A stretch of 64,000 bases of DNA. Origin: Candidatus Multivorans sp. (GTDB lineage Bacteria; Acidobacteriota; Thermoanaerobaculia; Multivoradales; Multivoraceae). The notes below the pieces were generated by a model. It was not told where the DNA came from. It saw only the letters and a list, made by a program, of their open reading frames with translations, and did no database searches. Shown here one piece after another: positions 50,571 to 60,224 of this stretch (the first letter of the stretch is position 1; each line of letters starts with the position of its first letter). The DNA lies in contig OZ245033.1 in the NCBI GenBank assembly GCA_965224025.1, forward strand, positions 2,496,001 through 2,560,000, read 5' to 3'. Both the position numbers and the translations under genes were made by a program.

Positions 50571-51740
50571 TTAGCCGCTGAGCATCTCGCCCACTTGGGT
50601 GGGCTTCACGCCTAGGACCAGGGCGGCACGGGTTGTCGGCAGGTCGCCGGCGAAATGCGCGTTTCTTACAGCGTCCACCAGGGCCCTGCCGGCGCGATGG
50701 CGCCGTACCGTGTAGAAGTTGGGGCCACCGTCGATGGCTCGGACCGCTTCTCTTCGTTCCTCTCTCCGGCCGAGCCATTGGGTACGGAAGGCGGAGATCA
50801 GCCCCCTGTACTCTTGCGGCTCGATCTGATTCGATCGAAACAGGCGGTATGCCACCAGGGCGCGGCTCACGTTGTGGGCCCTGGCCGTTGTGCCAATAGC
50901 GCTTGCAAACTCTTCGCGTTCGAGACGACTCAGTTCCAGCGCCGTCAGGGCCTTCTCGGGAAGCAGGTGCGTGCTGGCAACGTCGTTGCAGAACTGCTCC
51001 ACGCGATTGCCGGCTCTGGTGCCGCTGATCCCGGTGTGGCCCAGGAACACGTGCACAAGCTCATGCACCAGCGTGAACGACCACGCCGCTCGGGCGTCGT
51101 TGTCATTGATCACTATGAATGGGGCGAGTCGATCGGCCAAGGCAAAGCCGCGGAACGTCTCCGTGTCGATGGCTGTCTGGTAGCTGCCCAGGTCGCCCTT
51201 CAGCAGGACGAACACGCCCGCTTCGTGGACTGACTCCCGCAGCCTCTCGAAGGCCTGAGTCGGGTTGGCGGCTTGCCTCGCGTGAGAGGGGCCGAGGACC
51301 TGGCGTGCGAGTTCAAGCGCGGCAGAGCGCCCATCGTTCAGTGTCAGGGAGCCAACGAAGGGAACTTCGGGAGCCTCTTCTTCGACCAGGATGTCGCGCA
51401 GAATGCTCTGGCGCGCCAGGACCTGACGAACAAGAACCTGAACCCTGGCGTCGTCGCTCGGAGCCCGGACGCCTGAAAGACTGCGAAAGTCCGTTCCGCG
51501 GTCGCCTCGTTTCGGTGGCTTCGAGAGATAGAAAGCGACCAACGGACGCCGATACTGCCTTGCCATTCGGACCAGCATTGGTCGGGTAGGTTCCCGAGCG
51601 CCGGATTCGAGTTCCTGCAGACGTTCGACCGGCGTCTTGCCGTAGGCGGCATTGAGCGAGAGCTTGGCGACGGCCTCTTCCATCGACAGGCCGGCACTGT
51701 CGCGCGCCCAGGAGAGGATGTCAGGGTTTACAGCAGGCAT
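50571..51740 (-). CDS. XRE HTH-ImmA/IrrE metallopeptidase fusion
   Basis: VNPDILSWARDSAGLS HTH, DFR, FRGF, FTLVHELVH (HExxH), EQFCN. Confidence 0.9.
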   Translation of the reverse strand: MPAVNPDILSWARDSAGLSMEEAVAKLSLNAAYGKTPVERLQELESGAREPTRPMLVRMARQYRRPLVAFYLSKPPKRGDRGTDFRSLSGVRAPSDDARVQVLVRQVLARQSILRDILVEEEAPEVPFVGSLTLNDGRSAALELARQVLGPSHARQAANPTQAFERLRESVHEAGVFVLLKGDLGSYQTAIDTETFRGFALADRLAPFIVINDNDARAAWSFTLVHELVHVFLGHTGISGTRAGNRVEQFCNDVASTHLLPEKALTALELSRLEREEFASAIGTTARAHNVSRALVAYRLFRSNQIEPQEYRGLISAFRTQWLGRREERREAVRAIDGGPNFYTVRRHRAGRALVDAVRNAHFAGDLPTTRAALVLGVKPTQVGEMLSG

Positions 51741-51783
51741 GGTTGGCTTAGACCTAACGAGAACGTTGCCCCGGGCGTAGCAC

Positions 51784-52275
51784 TCACCGCCCCGGCTCCG
51801 TCAACAACAACCGCAACGCCGCCAGCACCCGTCTCGGCCTCTGCCGGTGCATCGCCATGCCGAGCCAGTAGGCCGCCTCCTCGCGGTCCATTCGTTCGAT
51901 GCCTTCGGCTACGGCGCGCATCCGGTCCCGGCTCCGCATCGGGGCCAACGTGCGAAACAGGAGGCCGAGATGGAGCGCCAGATCCTCGGTCAAAGCGAGG
52001 CCGTGCTTTACGTCCCTGGCGGGGCGAGTGAGTTTCACGCCTGCTTTGGCGAGACGTTTCAGCACGCGGTGCTCGACGAGTTCGAGGTTGCGGCCCCTGA
52101 GGCCGGCGACGCGGGCAGGCGCCGTGATCTGGGGCGACGCCGCCGCGGGCAGTTGCCAGATCTCGTAGTTCGCCATGGCCGAGCCGAGCGGACGGATTCG
52201 CAATTCGTAGCGGAGTGCCGCGCGGGCCGTGTCGATGTGCCTGAGCTTCGCGGTGCGTTGCGGGTGCGGCGTCAT
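51784..52275 (-). CDS. Small DUF3780-like subunit of the DUF499/DUF1156 system
   Basis: Sits directly after DUF499 (ATGA overlap). C-terminal M.REEAAYW...RVLAALRLLL resembles the EE.WW...ALR tail of DUF3780. Confidence 0.55.
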   Translation of the reverse strand: MTPHPQRTAKLRHIDTARAALRYELRIRPLGSAMANYEIWQLPAAASPQITAPARVAGLRGRNLELVEHRVLKRLAKAGVKLTRPARDVKHGLALTEDLALHLGLLFRTLAPMRSRDRMRAVAEGIERMDREEAAYWLGMAMHRQRPRRVLAALRLLLTEPGR

Positions 52276-55200
52276 GGCTGTTCCTCGGGGGTGGGCGACG
52301 GTGTGTCTTCCGGGGCAGAGGCTTCGGGTCGCGCGACGGCGGAGGCCGAAACATGGGCGGCGCCGCTAGCGAAGCGGGTCAGTTGTTCGGCCAGTTCCTC
52401 GGGGGCGTCGCCGTTCATCGTCAGGCCATCGGTGAAGTCGAGCGTGAACGTCGCTTGGATGTTGGAAGCGGCGGCCCCCCGGAACTGCGGTTCGAGGAAT
52501 TCCCGGACCGGCTGTGCGTCGGACGGTGGGCCTCTAAACTCCTCCAGCAGGAAGTGGCCCCCGCCGCGCGTCTCATAGCCGCCTTCCAACCGCACTGTCT
52601 TCGCGGCGCCAGCGACTGCGTTCACCGCGTTCACCATGGGGAAGGCGTCGCGCGACTCGAACATCTGGATGGCCAGCGCGTCGAGCGCTTCTACGTTACG
52701 GTCGCGCGCCTGCTCCCAGAGCTTCGTCAGCGCCTCGCGGAACGGTCCTTCGGCAGCGAACTCGGCCTTTCCTGGAGTGGCGTGAGGCGACGTGGGTGGA
52801 GTCGTGTCATCGCTGGGGCGCTCTCGGATCTCGCTGGAGGTCTTGCTCTCCTTGTCCTCCCTGGTGGGTCGGGGCCAGATCGACTCGTTTCTGGCATAGG
52901 CCATGGTGAAGATCATTGACTGTTCGTCGATCTCGATCGTCGGCGCCGGATCGCCGGGACCGAAGAGCAATTCTCCGCGCTGGTAGACGTACTCGCCAAG
53001 CTCCACTCCCCGGCGAATTCCCCGCACGAACACGTCGTTTCCCGAGAGCATGGGAAGTCCCGGATCGCGCCGGAACTCGTCGCGCAGAGCGCCGGTCGAG
53101 ATCTGCCCCTTCTTGAGCGGCGTGCGGTCGCGAACAAAGGCGGCAGAGTCGGGCTGGTCCTCGGACAGTCGCAGCTTGCCGAGGTCACGCAGGGCGCGCA
53201 CGACTTGCTGCTGGCCCGCGCCGGGCCGGTCGGAGGAGGAGTGCATGTCGACCGCGGAGTGCGCGAGGTCGACGTGCCGGCTTCCGATCCGGTTCCTCGA
53301 GGGGTAGAAGATGTGCCGGTAGGCCTGCTGGATGGCGATTGCGAGTTCCTGTTCGGAGCGCTTCTCCTGCTCGCGAACCTGGTTCTGTTGATGCTCGGCT
53401 AGTTCGGCGAGGCGTTCCGGCTTCTTCATCTCGCGCAGCGCCAGCCTTCGCCTGCTGCGGTCCTGCATGTTGGACTTGCGGGCGTCTTCCGGGGCCACGA
53501 AGACGAGGTGATTGCGCAGCGACCGCAACGCGGCGCTTTGCGCCCCCTTGCGCGAGTAGATGCGTTCGATGAGATCGGGAACTTCCTCGACCGCCGGACC
53601 GACGGCTACCCCATCGTAGGAGAGCACGACGAGCTTTGGCCGCCCGTCGCCGACCTCGTCCGGCACGTCGAAGGGTCCGCCGGGGAAGGTGACTGCGTCG
53701 AAGACCGTGCCCGAGAAGATCTGGCGGATGCGGTCGTTCAGTTCGACGCGCGCCTCGCCGCTGTCGACGTGCTGCTCCTCCCGCCGGATGATCTGGCTCA
53801 GATTCGCCTCTGCCAGGAAGCGCAGGGGGGCGGCTGGCCGGTCGTCGAGGTAGGCCGATTCGGCCACGAACTTCTTGCGGGCTTCCTCGACGAAGCTGAT
53901 GTCGAGAGCCGGGCCGAGCATCGAGTAGCGCAGTTGGTCGGGCGCCAGCCCCTTCAGTGGTTCGTTGAACGCCAACGTATGCATGAAGATCGTCGCGCCG
54001 CATACTCGGCGTACGGCGGCATGGCGCGATGGTGCGTGGCGTCGATCTCCTGGGCCAGCGACCTTTTGTCACCGGGTCCCGTGATGTCGTTGGCAATCGC
54101 CGGGGCGTAGGCATCCTGACCGAGGCGCGTGAGGATCTCCTGACGGATCGGCTCGTGCCCCGGATCGATGTGGTGCAGGTGGATTGCGGTGGCGTCGCCG
54201 GGCCGCTCTTCCCACAACTGACCAACGGTGCGCGCAAGCAGACGCAGCATGCCGCGCACGCGCTGGAACGTGGCGAGCGTGGCCGTCTTGCCGGTCAGCG
54301 TCTCCAGGACTTCTGGATGCAGGGGATAGCTGGCGCGGAAAGCGCTCGCCGTCTCGGAGTGGTTGGCCCAAGCGGGAAGCGAGTCGCCGTGGGCGGCCCA
54401 GAGCTCGCGGTAGGCATCGACGACTTCGGTGCCTCCTCCTGCATCATCGATGCTCTCGAACAGGCGCCGCCGGAGCACCTGGGTGGTCTCGTCGTCCGCG
54501 GTTGGGTTCAGCAGCGTCGCCTTGCGGGCTGAGACGCTCTCCGCCTCCGCCATCTGGTCGGCGATGAAGCGGTTTTCCTCGCTGTAGGCATCGGGCGCGC
54601 CGCTGTCCCCCTTGCCGATCGCCAGCGTGTAGACGAGTACCGCGTTCGGCGCGTCTTCGATCGCTTTGAACAGCGACGTCAGGAAGGCGGTCAACTGGTC
54701 CTGCGCGTCGTCGAGCCGGCGGACCTTGCGCAGGTAGACGGAGAGTTCGTCGAGCAGAATGAGGGTCGGCTCGCCGCCGAACAGCTCCTGAAGCGTCCCG
54801 GCACCGGGCGCCACCCGCATCCGGTCGCTGTTGCGTACGCGCTCGTAGCCGGTGGCGCCGGCGAGCGCGTAGGCGATCTCGCCCCACGGCGTGTAGGCCA
54901 GAATGCCGTCGCCGAGCGCTCGTCCGTTGGCGGGGTCGGCGTTCTCACCGTCGAACGCGGCGACGCGCACCGGGCCTTCGGGCAGGAGGGACCGGTCGAG
55001 GAACTCGGCAGAGTTGGCAACGCCTCGCATTCCCCGGGCTGCGTGGACCAGCGCGATGAGGCCGTGGGTCTTGCCGCCCCCGTAGGACGTGTCGAGGCGG
55101 AAGATGGCCGCTGCTTCGCCGCCCGCACCGCTGAGTCGCCGGCAGACGTTGTCGAGCAGATTCCGCAGGCCGCGGGTGGGGTAGGTGTTGGCGAAGAACT

Positions 55201-55339
55201 GTGCAGGGTCGATGTAGGCCGGACTACCAGCGCCGCTGACGACCGAGGCGAGATCGGCGGCGAAGTCGGCGTCGGCCACCGCTCCGCGGAGGATGTCCTC
55301 GCGTGGTCGGCAGGTCTCGAAGATCGTCGGGATTGCCAT
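52272..55339 (-). pseudogene. DUF499 AAA+ ATPase (frameshift near 53990)
   Basis: CRPREDI, FFANTYPT, LDTSYGGGKTH, TPWGEIA, ILLDEL, VLRRRLFE, YPLHPE, FQRVRGMLRLL. Confidence 0.88.
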
Positions 55340-55358
55340 CTCGGCGGAAGGATAGCGT

Positions 55359-56426
55359 CTACAGCGCGGCGTCGTCGGTGAGGCGAGCGGGGTTGTAGGG
55401 CAGGGCCGGCCGGTCCAGGAACTGGGCTGCCGCCTCGTCGCCAAGGGCATCGAGAGCCGCTTCCGCAGCCAACGGCAGGTCGGCGGCGGCTCTGCGCCAG
55501 TCGTCGAGTTCGATGGGCTTGGCGTTCGTCGGAGGCTCGATCCGAACGAGCCTGTCTGCGCCAATGAGCAACCCGGCTTGGCCGTTGGCGTTCTGGGCCT
55601 GGAGGTCCATGGCGGCCAGAATGAGGTCCGACCATAGGAGCTTTCCACCCAACCGGATCTTCCAGTTGCCAACCCGCCGACGGGCAGCTCCGCATCCCAA
55701 GCCGAGGATGCGGACTTGGTCGCGAGAGATGTCGAAGCACGACAGCGCTTCGGTCAGCGCGACCATGGTCGGGTTGTTGGCCCAGACGCCTCCGTCGACC
55801 AGTACATAACCGCTGCCGTCGCGGAGCGGCTGGAAGAACGTAGGCGCCGCCGAAGTCGCCTCACCGACCGCGACCATCCCCTTCGCGCCGTCTAGGTGGT
55901 AGTCGGAATGGTGGGGCGTCTTGTAGACGAAGACCTCGCCATGCAGCCCTTCCATGGCGGGCACACAGAGTCGTGCGCAGGACTGACCTAGTCGTAGACC
56001 GCCGAACGACTCCTCCAGGAGACGGCTCAGGGCAGCACGGTCGTAGCGGTAGCGAACCAGGCCCGTGGCGCCGCGCAAGAGCGCTCCGAGGCGGCCAGAA
56101 CGCGTCGGTGGGAACACCTCGCCGCCGCGGTCGATGTAGAGGTCTCGAAGTCGCGCAGCGGGCAGGCCGGCCCCGAGGCCCAGCGCGATGATCCCTCCGG
56201 TTGACGTACCCGCGATCAGGTCGAAGTAGCGGGTGATCGGCTCGCCCCCCAGGTACCGCTCTTCAAGACCGGCCAGGAAGGCAGCCGGGAAGATCCCCCT
56301 GATGCCGCCGCCGTCGATGGAGAGCACGCGGAACTCGCGGTCTGCGGGCCATGGCAGCCGTTTGCGCCGCCGCCTGATCGCTCCCGCGGACCGCGGGGGT
56401 GGTTCATTGTTCCGGGAGGCGTTCAG
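55359..56426 (-). CDS. Patatin-like phospholipase, CBASS effector (CapV-like)
   Basis: WP.DREFRVLSIDGGGIRG, GTSTG nucleophile, SAAPTFF, DGGVWANNP. The frame is open to a CTG at 56426 behind GAGGA; start uncertain. Confidence 0.88.
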   Translation of the reverse strand: MNASRNNEPPPRSAGAIRRRRKRLPWPADREFRVLSIDGGGIRGIFPAAFLAGLEERYLGGEPITRYFDLIAGTSTGGIIALGLGAGLPAARLRDLYIDRGGEVFPPTRSGRLGALLRGATGLVRYRYDRAALSRLLEESFGGLRLGQSCARLCVPAMEGLHGEVFVYKTPHHSDYHLDGAKGMVAVGEATSAAPTFFQPLRDGSGYVLVDGGVWANNPTMVALTEALSCFDISRDQVRILGLGCGAARRRVGNWKIRLGGKLLWSDLILAAMDLQAQNANGQAGLLIGADRLVRIEPPTNAKPIELDDWRRAAADLPLAAEAALDALGDEAAAQFLDRPALPYNPARLTDDAAL

Positions 56427-56469
56427 AGTGCTTCCTCAGGGCACGGCGGCTGCTTCAGTCGCGTTCCGG

Positions 56470-56877
56470 TCAGATGCCGGTCCTGAGCCAGAACTCGTAG
56501 CGCCAGAGCCACTCAGCGGTCCAAGGCACGATCGTGTCGGCGATCGAGAGTCCGGGGTGCCACTCGTCGCCGGCGAGGTCGTGGAGGCACAGGAGTGGCA
56601 GGTACGGCGTGTGCTCGTTCACGTACACATGCGGGATCGGTTGATCCGGTTGCGCCGAACGACGGTGAAGGAGAGGCGCCGTCACACGCACTTCGGGCAT
56701 GGCGTGACGGACTGGGCTCCTGCGATGCAACCGGTGGAGGATCTCGACTTTGTAGGGCCGGCCGTCTGGCTTGAGCTTCCCTTCCCAGTGGATTCTGGTC
56801 TTGGTTCTATCCAGGACGTTGAAGTTGCTCCAGCGCCGTCGCATGCGGTGCTGTTGCTCGTAGGTCGACAGGGTCAT
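56470..56877 (-). CDS. Stand-alone E2-like protein of a type II (short) CBASS
   Basis: W.G.LKP...Y...P.V.V..P.L...PHVY...LCL...EW...IADTIVPW..EWL..YE.WL.TG. ATGA-coupled to the CD-NTase. Confidence 0.85.
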   Translation of the reverse strand: MTLSTYEQQHRMRRRWSNFNVLDRTKTRIHWEGKLKPDGRPYKVEILHRLHRRSPVRHAMPEVRVTAPLLHRRSAQPDQPIPHVYVNEHTPYLPLLCLHDLAGDEWHPGLSIADTIVPWTAEWLWRYEFWLRTGI

Positions 56878-58124
56878 AGTCCGTCCTCCCCGTCGCCGTG
56901 AAAGGTGTGGCGGGGCACGGTTCTACGGGCGGTATGTACTGCGGCCGCGGTGCCTGCGATCACGCCCCCGGTCGAGGTCACGCGTACGGGCCCTCGTGGG
57001 ATTGCCTTGAGGTGGGGCTCGATCGCCTTGAGGGCTGGGGCTTCGCCGAACAGGCCGGCCAGGATTCCCCTGATCTCATCGATGTTGGAGCTTCGTTGGA
57101 GCGCTAGCAGGTCGGCGACGAGGTTCCTCGAGTCAGTGATGAACGTCGCCTGCGCGTCCAGGTTTCCTGGCCAGCGATCCGTCAGTATGTCGGCAGGGCA
57201 CACCGGGTTCGCGACGTGGAGAAGTCGGCCACCCGTGTTCAAGTGCTCGAACTCGGCAAGGAGAGTTTGTGCCAGTTGAAGCAGAACGTGCAGCAGGCTT
57301 GGGCCACTCACTACTGCCTCAGCGGCGGCGTCGGCGACGAGCTTCGACAGCACGACAGACGGAGGTCGGCGACCGGTCCGCTTGTCGTACCTGACGTTGC
57401 GGCAACGCTTCAATAGCTGGAGTGCCACGACCACCCGGGGCTTCCAGTCCACTGGTATCGGTGGCGGTACCGGCTCAGCAGCCAGGATTCTCTCGTAGGC
57501 TTCGGCGCGACCCGTGAACCACCGGGAGAAGTCGCGATCGTCCGGCATCCGCATCTTGAACCACTCGGCGAAACCGTACGGGTTGGCGATCAGACTCTTA
57601 CCGGCATCGAATTGGCGCTTCGACTCGTGCTCGAAGATCCAGCTTTGCCGGGGAGGTGTTCCGGCTTGGAGGATCGCTGGTGTCAGGTCGACGTGCATGC
57701 CGTCGCCGTAGCTGACCGTCACGCAGCGACTTCGGCGGCGCGTACGTCCGAAGTAACGCGAGCCCGGTTCGCCGCGAACGGCCCTGAACAAGGCGTCCAG
57801 GACGTCGCAGGGTGCGGTTGCGGCCGGCAGGCCTAGCTGGGTCACCGCGTCGATGTCGAACTCGTCGTTGGTGACGCGGGAATTGATCGTCGCCCCGATC
57901 CTCATCGATCCCTGTGCGTAGGTCGTCTGTACGAGGCCATGCAGGGGACTGCCGTGGCGCTGGATCCACTGATCCAGTGTCTCGTACCTCTCGGTGGCTA
58001 GGCGATGCTGGGTTGGGCTGAGCTGGATCCGAATCGCGATGTCGGCAAGGAGTTCGTCTACCATGCTTGATCCGGCTCCACGGCTGGTGACGTCTGTCCG
58101 AGTAGGCTTCGTGTAGTCGTTCAT
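56874..58124 (-). CDS. cGAS/DncV-like nucleotidyltransferase (CD-NTase)
   Basis: IQLS.TQH..A..RY, QGSMRIGATI...EFDID, RCVTV.Y...HVDLTPA, ANP.GF..WF, QLLKR.RN, PPSV, NP....DRWP, C-terminal HTFHG. Confidence 0.9.
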   Translation of the reverse strand: MNDYTKPTRTDVTSRGAGSSMVDELLADIAIRIQLSPTQHRLATERYETLDQWIQRHGSPLHGLVQTTYAQGSMRIGATINSRVTNDEFDIDAVTQLGLPAATAPCDVLDALFRAVRGEPGSRYFGRTRRRSRCVTVSYGDGMHVDLTPAILQAGTPPRQSWIFEHESKRQFDAGKSLIANPYGFAEWFKMRMPDDRDFSRWFTGRAEAYERILAAEPVPPPIPVDWKPRVVVALQLLKRCRNVRYDKRTGRRPPSVVLSKLVADAAAEAVVSGPSLLHVLLQLAQTLLAEFEHLNTGGRLLHVANPVCPADILTDRWPGNLDAQATFITDSRNLVADLLALQRSSNIDEIRGILAGLFGEAPALKAIEPHLKAIPRGPVRVTSTGGVIAGTAAAVHTARRTVPRHTFHGDGEDGL

Positions 58125-58201
58125 CGATGTGATCTCCGGCCAGGTCCTGGATCGCGACGCGCGGGTCCTCCACGCGGGAAGTGTACGTCGTCAAGTTTAC
58201 A

Positions 58202-58243
58202 AAGGTATCGCATGATACGCGATTTGACAACCCGTGCTACACT
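58202..58243. promoter_or_regulatory. Overlapping divergent promoters with palindromic operator (CBASS / regulator)
   Basis: Minus strand TTGTCA-N17-TACCTT with GTATC-N4-GATAC overlapping the spacer and -10. Plus strand extended -10 TGCTACACT. Confidence 0.55.
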
Positions 58244-58388
58244 TCCTAAGTCAGGACGAAGTAGCGGCGAGGAAGATCTCGATCTCGACGAGAGGCATAA
58301 GTCGTTGCCGATCAGCACTTTGCGGCCTATACATGTGTCGTCTGTCTGGCTTGTTCACGCTTGCGGTCCGGCCTGAGGAAGACGATCC

Positions 58389-59471
58389 GTGATCGGAGCG
58401 CGCCTGAAGCTGGCCCGCACGAGAGCGGGCCTGTCCCTGCGCGGTCTGGAGGAGCACATGGGCAGGCTCGTCACTGCGCAGGCGATCGGCAAGTACGAGC
58501 GCGGCGAGTCGTCACCTCGGCCCCATGTGCTGGAGGCTCTGGCCCGCGCCCTCGACGTTACGGTGGACTACCTGTTTGAGGAGGACTCGCTACAGATCTC
58601 CGCGATCGAGTTTCGACGCAAGGGGCGCTTGGGGAAGCGCCAGTTCGCGAGAATCGAGGCCCAGGCCGTGGACGCGCTCGAGCGCTACCTCGCCGTTGAA
58701 GACGTTCTGGGCATCCCGAATCCGCGTTGGAAGGCGCCGTTTGGCGCGATCGCTGGGTTAGGTGCGCCTTCCGAGGCAGAGAAGGTTGCTGAGCGTGTAC
58801 GCGACTGCTGGTGCCTGGGTGACGGCCCCATCCGCAGCATGGTTGGCTTGGTCGAAGACAATGGGGTTCGGGTCCTCGCCTTGGACTTTGGCGGCGGCAG
58901 GCTGGATGGCTTCATGGCTGCTGCGCGACGTGCTGACGGAGAGGAGCTCTCGGTCATCGTGGTAAACGAGAGGAAGAAGGACGGCGAACGCCGCCGGTTC
59001 ACGGTGGCGCACGAACTGCACCATTTACTGCTGGGCGGCGGAGAGGACAGGAAGGCGGAGCAAGCGGCCCACCGCTTCGCCGGCGTACTCCTGATGCCGG
59101 AAGCGGCATTGCGGGACCGGCTCGGCACGCGGCGTACCTCCGTGGCCTGGGAGGAGCTCATTACTCTTAAGCGCCTGTTCGGCGTAAGCCTGCAAGCGCT
59201 CACGTTTCGCTGTCGAGAGTTGGGGATCTTCAGCGTGGCGCTATCCCGGCAGCTCCATCGGGAGTTCTTGCGACGCGGTTGGAGCCGCCCGCCGTATGCC
59301 GAGCCGGAGGTGTCGAAGCCCGAAATTCCCAGCCGATTCCGGAATTTCTGCCTTCGCGCTCTTGCTGAAGGCCGCGTTGATGCGCTCAGGGCGGCGGAGC
59401 TTCTGGGAACATCAGTCGAGGCGCTGTACGGCCAGTCGGTCGATCAGCCTCTTCACACAGGCGGCGCCTGA
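58389..59471 (+). CDS. XRE HTH-ImmA/IrrE metallopeptidase, divergent CBASS-associated regulator
   Basis: IGARLKLARTRAGLSLR.L...AIGKYE, EFR, RRRFTVAHELHH, E..AHRFAG.LLMP. Confidence 0.9.
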   Translation: MIGARLKLARTRAGLSLRGLEEHMGRLVTAQAIGKYERGESSPRPHVLEALARALDVTVDYLFEEDSLQISAIEFRRKGRLGKRQFARIEAQAVDALERYLAVEDVLGIPNPRWKAPFGAIAGLGAPSEAEKVAERVRDCWCLGDGPIRSMVGLVEDNGVRVLALDFGGGRLDGFMAAARRADGEELSVIVVNERKKDGERRRFTVAHELHHLLLGGGEDRKAEQAAHRFAGVLLMPEAALRDRLGTRRTSVAWEELITLKRLFGVSLQALTFRCRELGIFSVALSRQLHREFLRRGWSRPPYAEPEVSKPEIPSRFRNFCLRALAEGRVDALRAAELLGTSVEALYGQSVDQPLHTGGA

Positions 59472-59499
59472 GAACTCGCCAACCTCCGACCACCGTAGT

Positions 59500-59644
59500 C
59501 GGTGCCGGTCGTCGCTGTCGCGGAAGTGCTGGCGTCTTCCGACAGTTGCTCGATTGTGCTGAGAACGCGGCGAAGTGGCCCTGATCGCCGATGCGCCGAA
59601 TGTCTCACTCGGCACCCTTGGACAGTAGGACCTTGATCGTCAGA
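59500..59644 (-). pseudogene. RelE/ParE-like toxin remnant
   Basis: IKVLLSKGAE*DIRRIG...RRVLSTIEQLSED directly after the antitoxin, with a stop and a frameshift. Confidence 0.35.
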
Positions 59645-59899
59645 CTCCGAGATCGCGCTTCAAACGTCCGCAAGAGGAACGCCGCCGTTCGCTCTGTAGT
59701 CGGCCAGTGCGTCGAGGGCGTCGAGTAAATCCAGACGATCCTCGAGTGCTTCCAGCATCTCGAGATCGGAGGGCGGCACCAGCGCGGCCACGGTCTTGCC
59801 GCGTTTCTGGACGGCGATTCGCGTACCCGCGGAGTGGACCCAGCCTGTGATTCCAGTGACGTTCGCCTGAAGTTCGGCGATGGGGAGTGTGTTGTGCAT
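59640..59899 (-). CDS. Phd/YefM family antitoxin (3' end frameshifted)
   Basis: RIAVQKRGKTVAALVP..DLE.LEALED..D...AL. Confidence 0.65.
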
Positions 59900-60004
59900 G
59901 GCTACGGCCTCGCGCTGTCTCGGTCAGAGAATACGCCACTCCCTGGAACCGGGCCGAACGGTCCTGGGCTCGGCCGCAACGGATAGTGCCCGCTTGTGTG
60001 GCCC

Positions 60005-60220
60005 TCAGCCGCCTTGAGACGCCGGGAACCCCTCCAGGAACCAGTATTCCCCCTCGACCGCGCCGGCCTCCTCGCCGACCGCGCCGGCTTCAGGCGTCGC
60101 CATGTAGGCCTCCGCCCTCGCCCGGTCCTCGACACCGAGGATGAAGAACACCTCGTCCTCCTTGTCGGCCGAGCGCCAGACGTGCCTGACCGACAATCCG
60201 GCGGCCATTCCGGCGGCCTC
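60005..60220 (-). pseudogene. C-terminal fragment of a small dimeric alpha/beta-barrel-like protein
   Basis: AAGLSVRHVWRSAD...EVFFIL.VED...AEAYM..P...AGAV. The 5' end is replaced by the IS remnant. Confidence 0.45.
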
Positions 60221-60224
60221 CTGC

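Noticed and set aside
43430-60000. Prophage or integrative element carrying the defence island
   Set aside because: No integrase, tRNA, att repeat or phage structural gene was visible.
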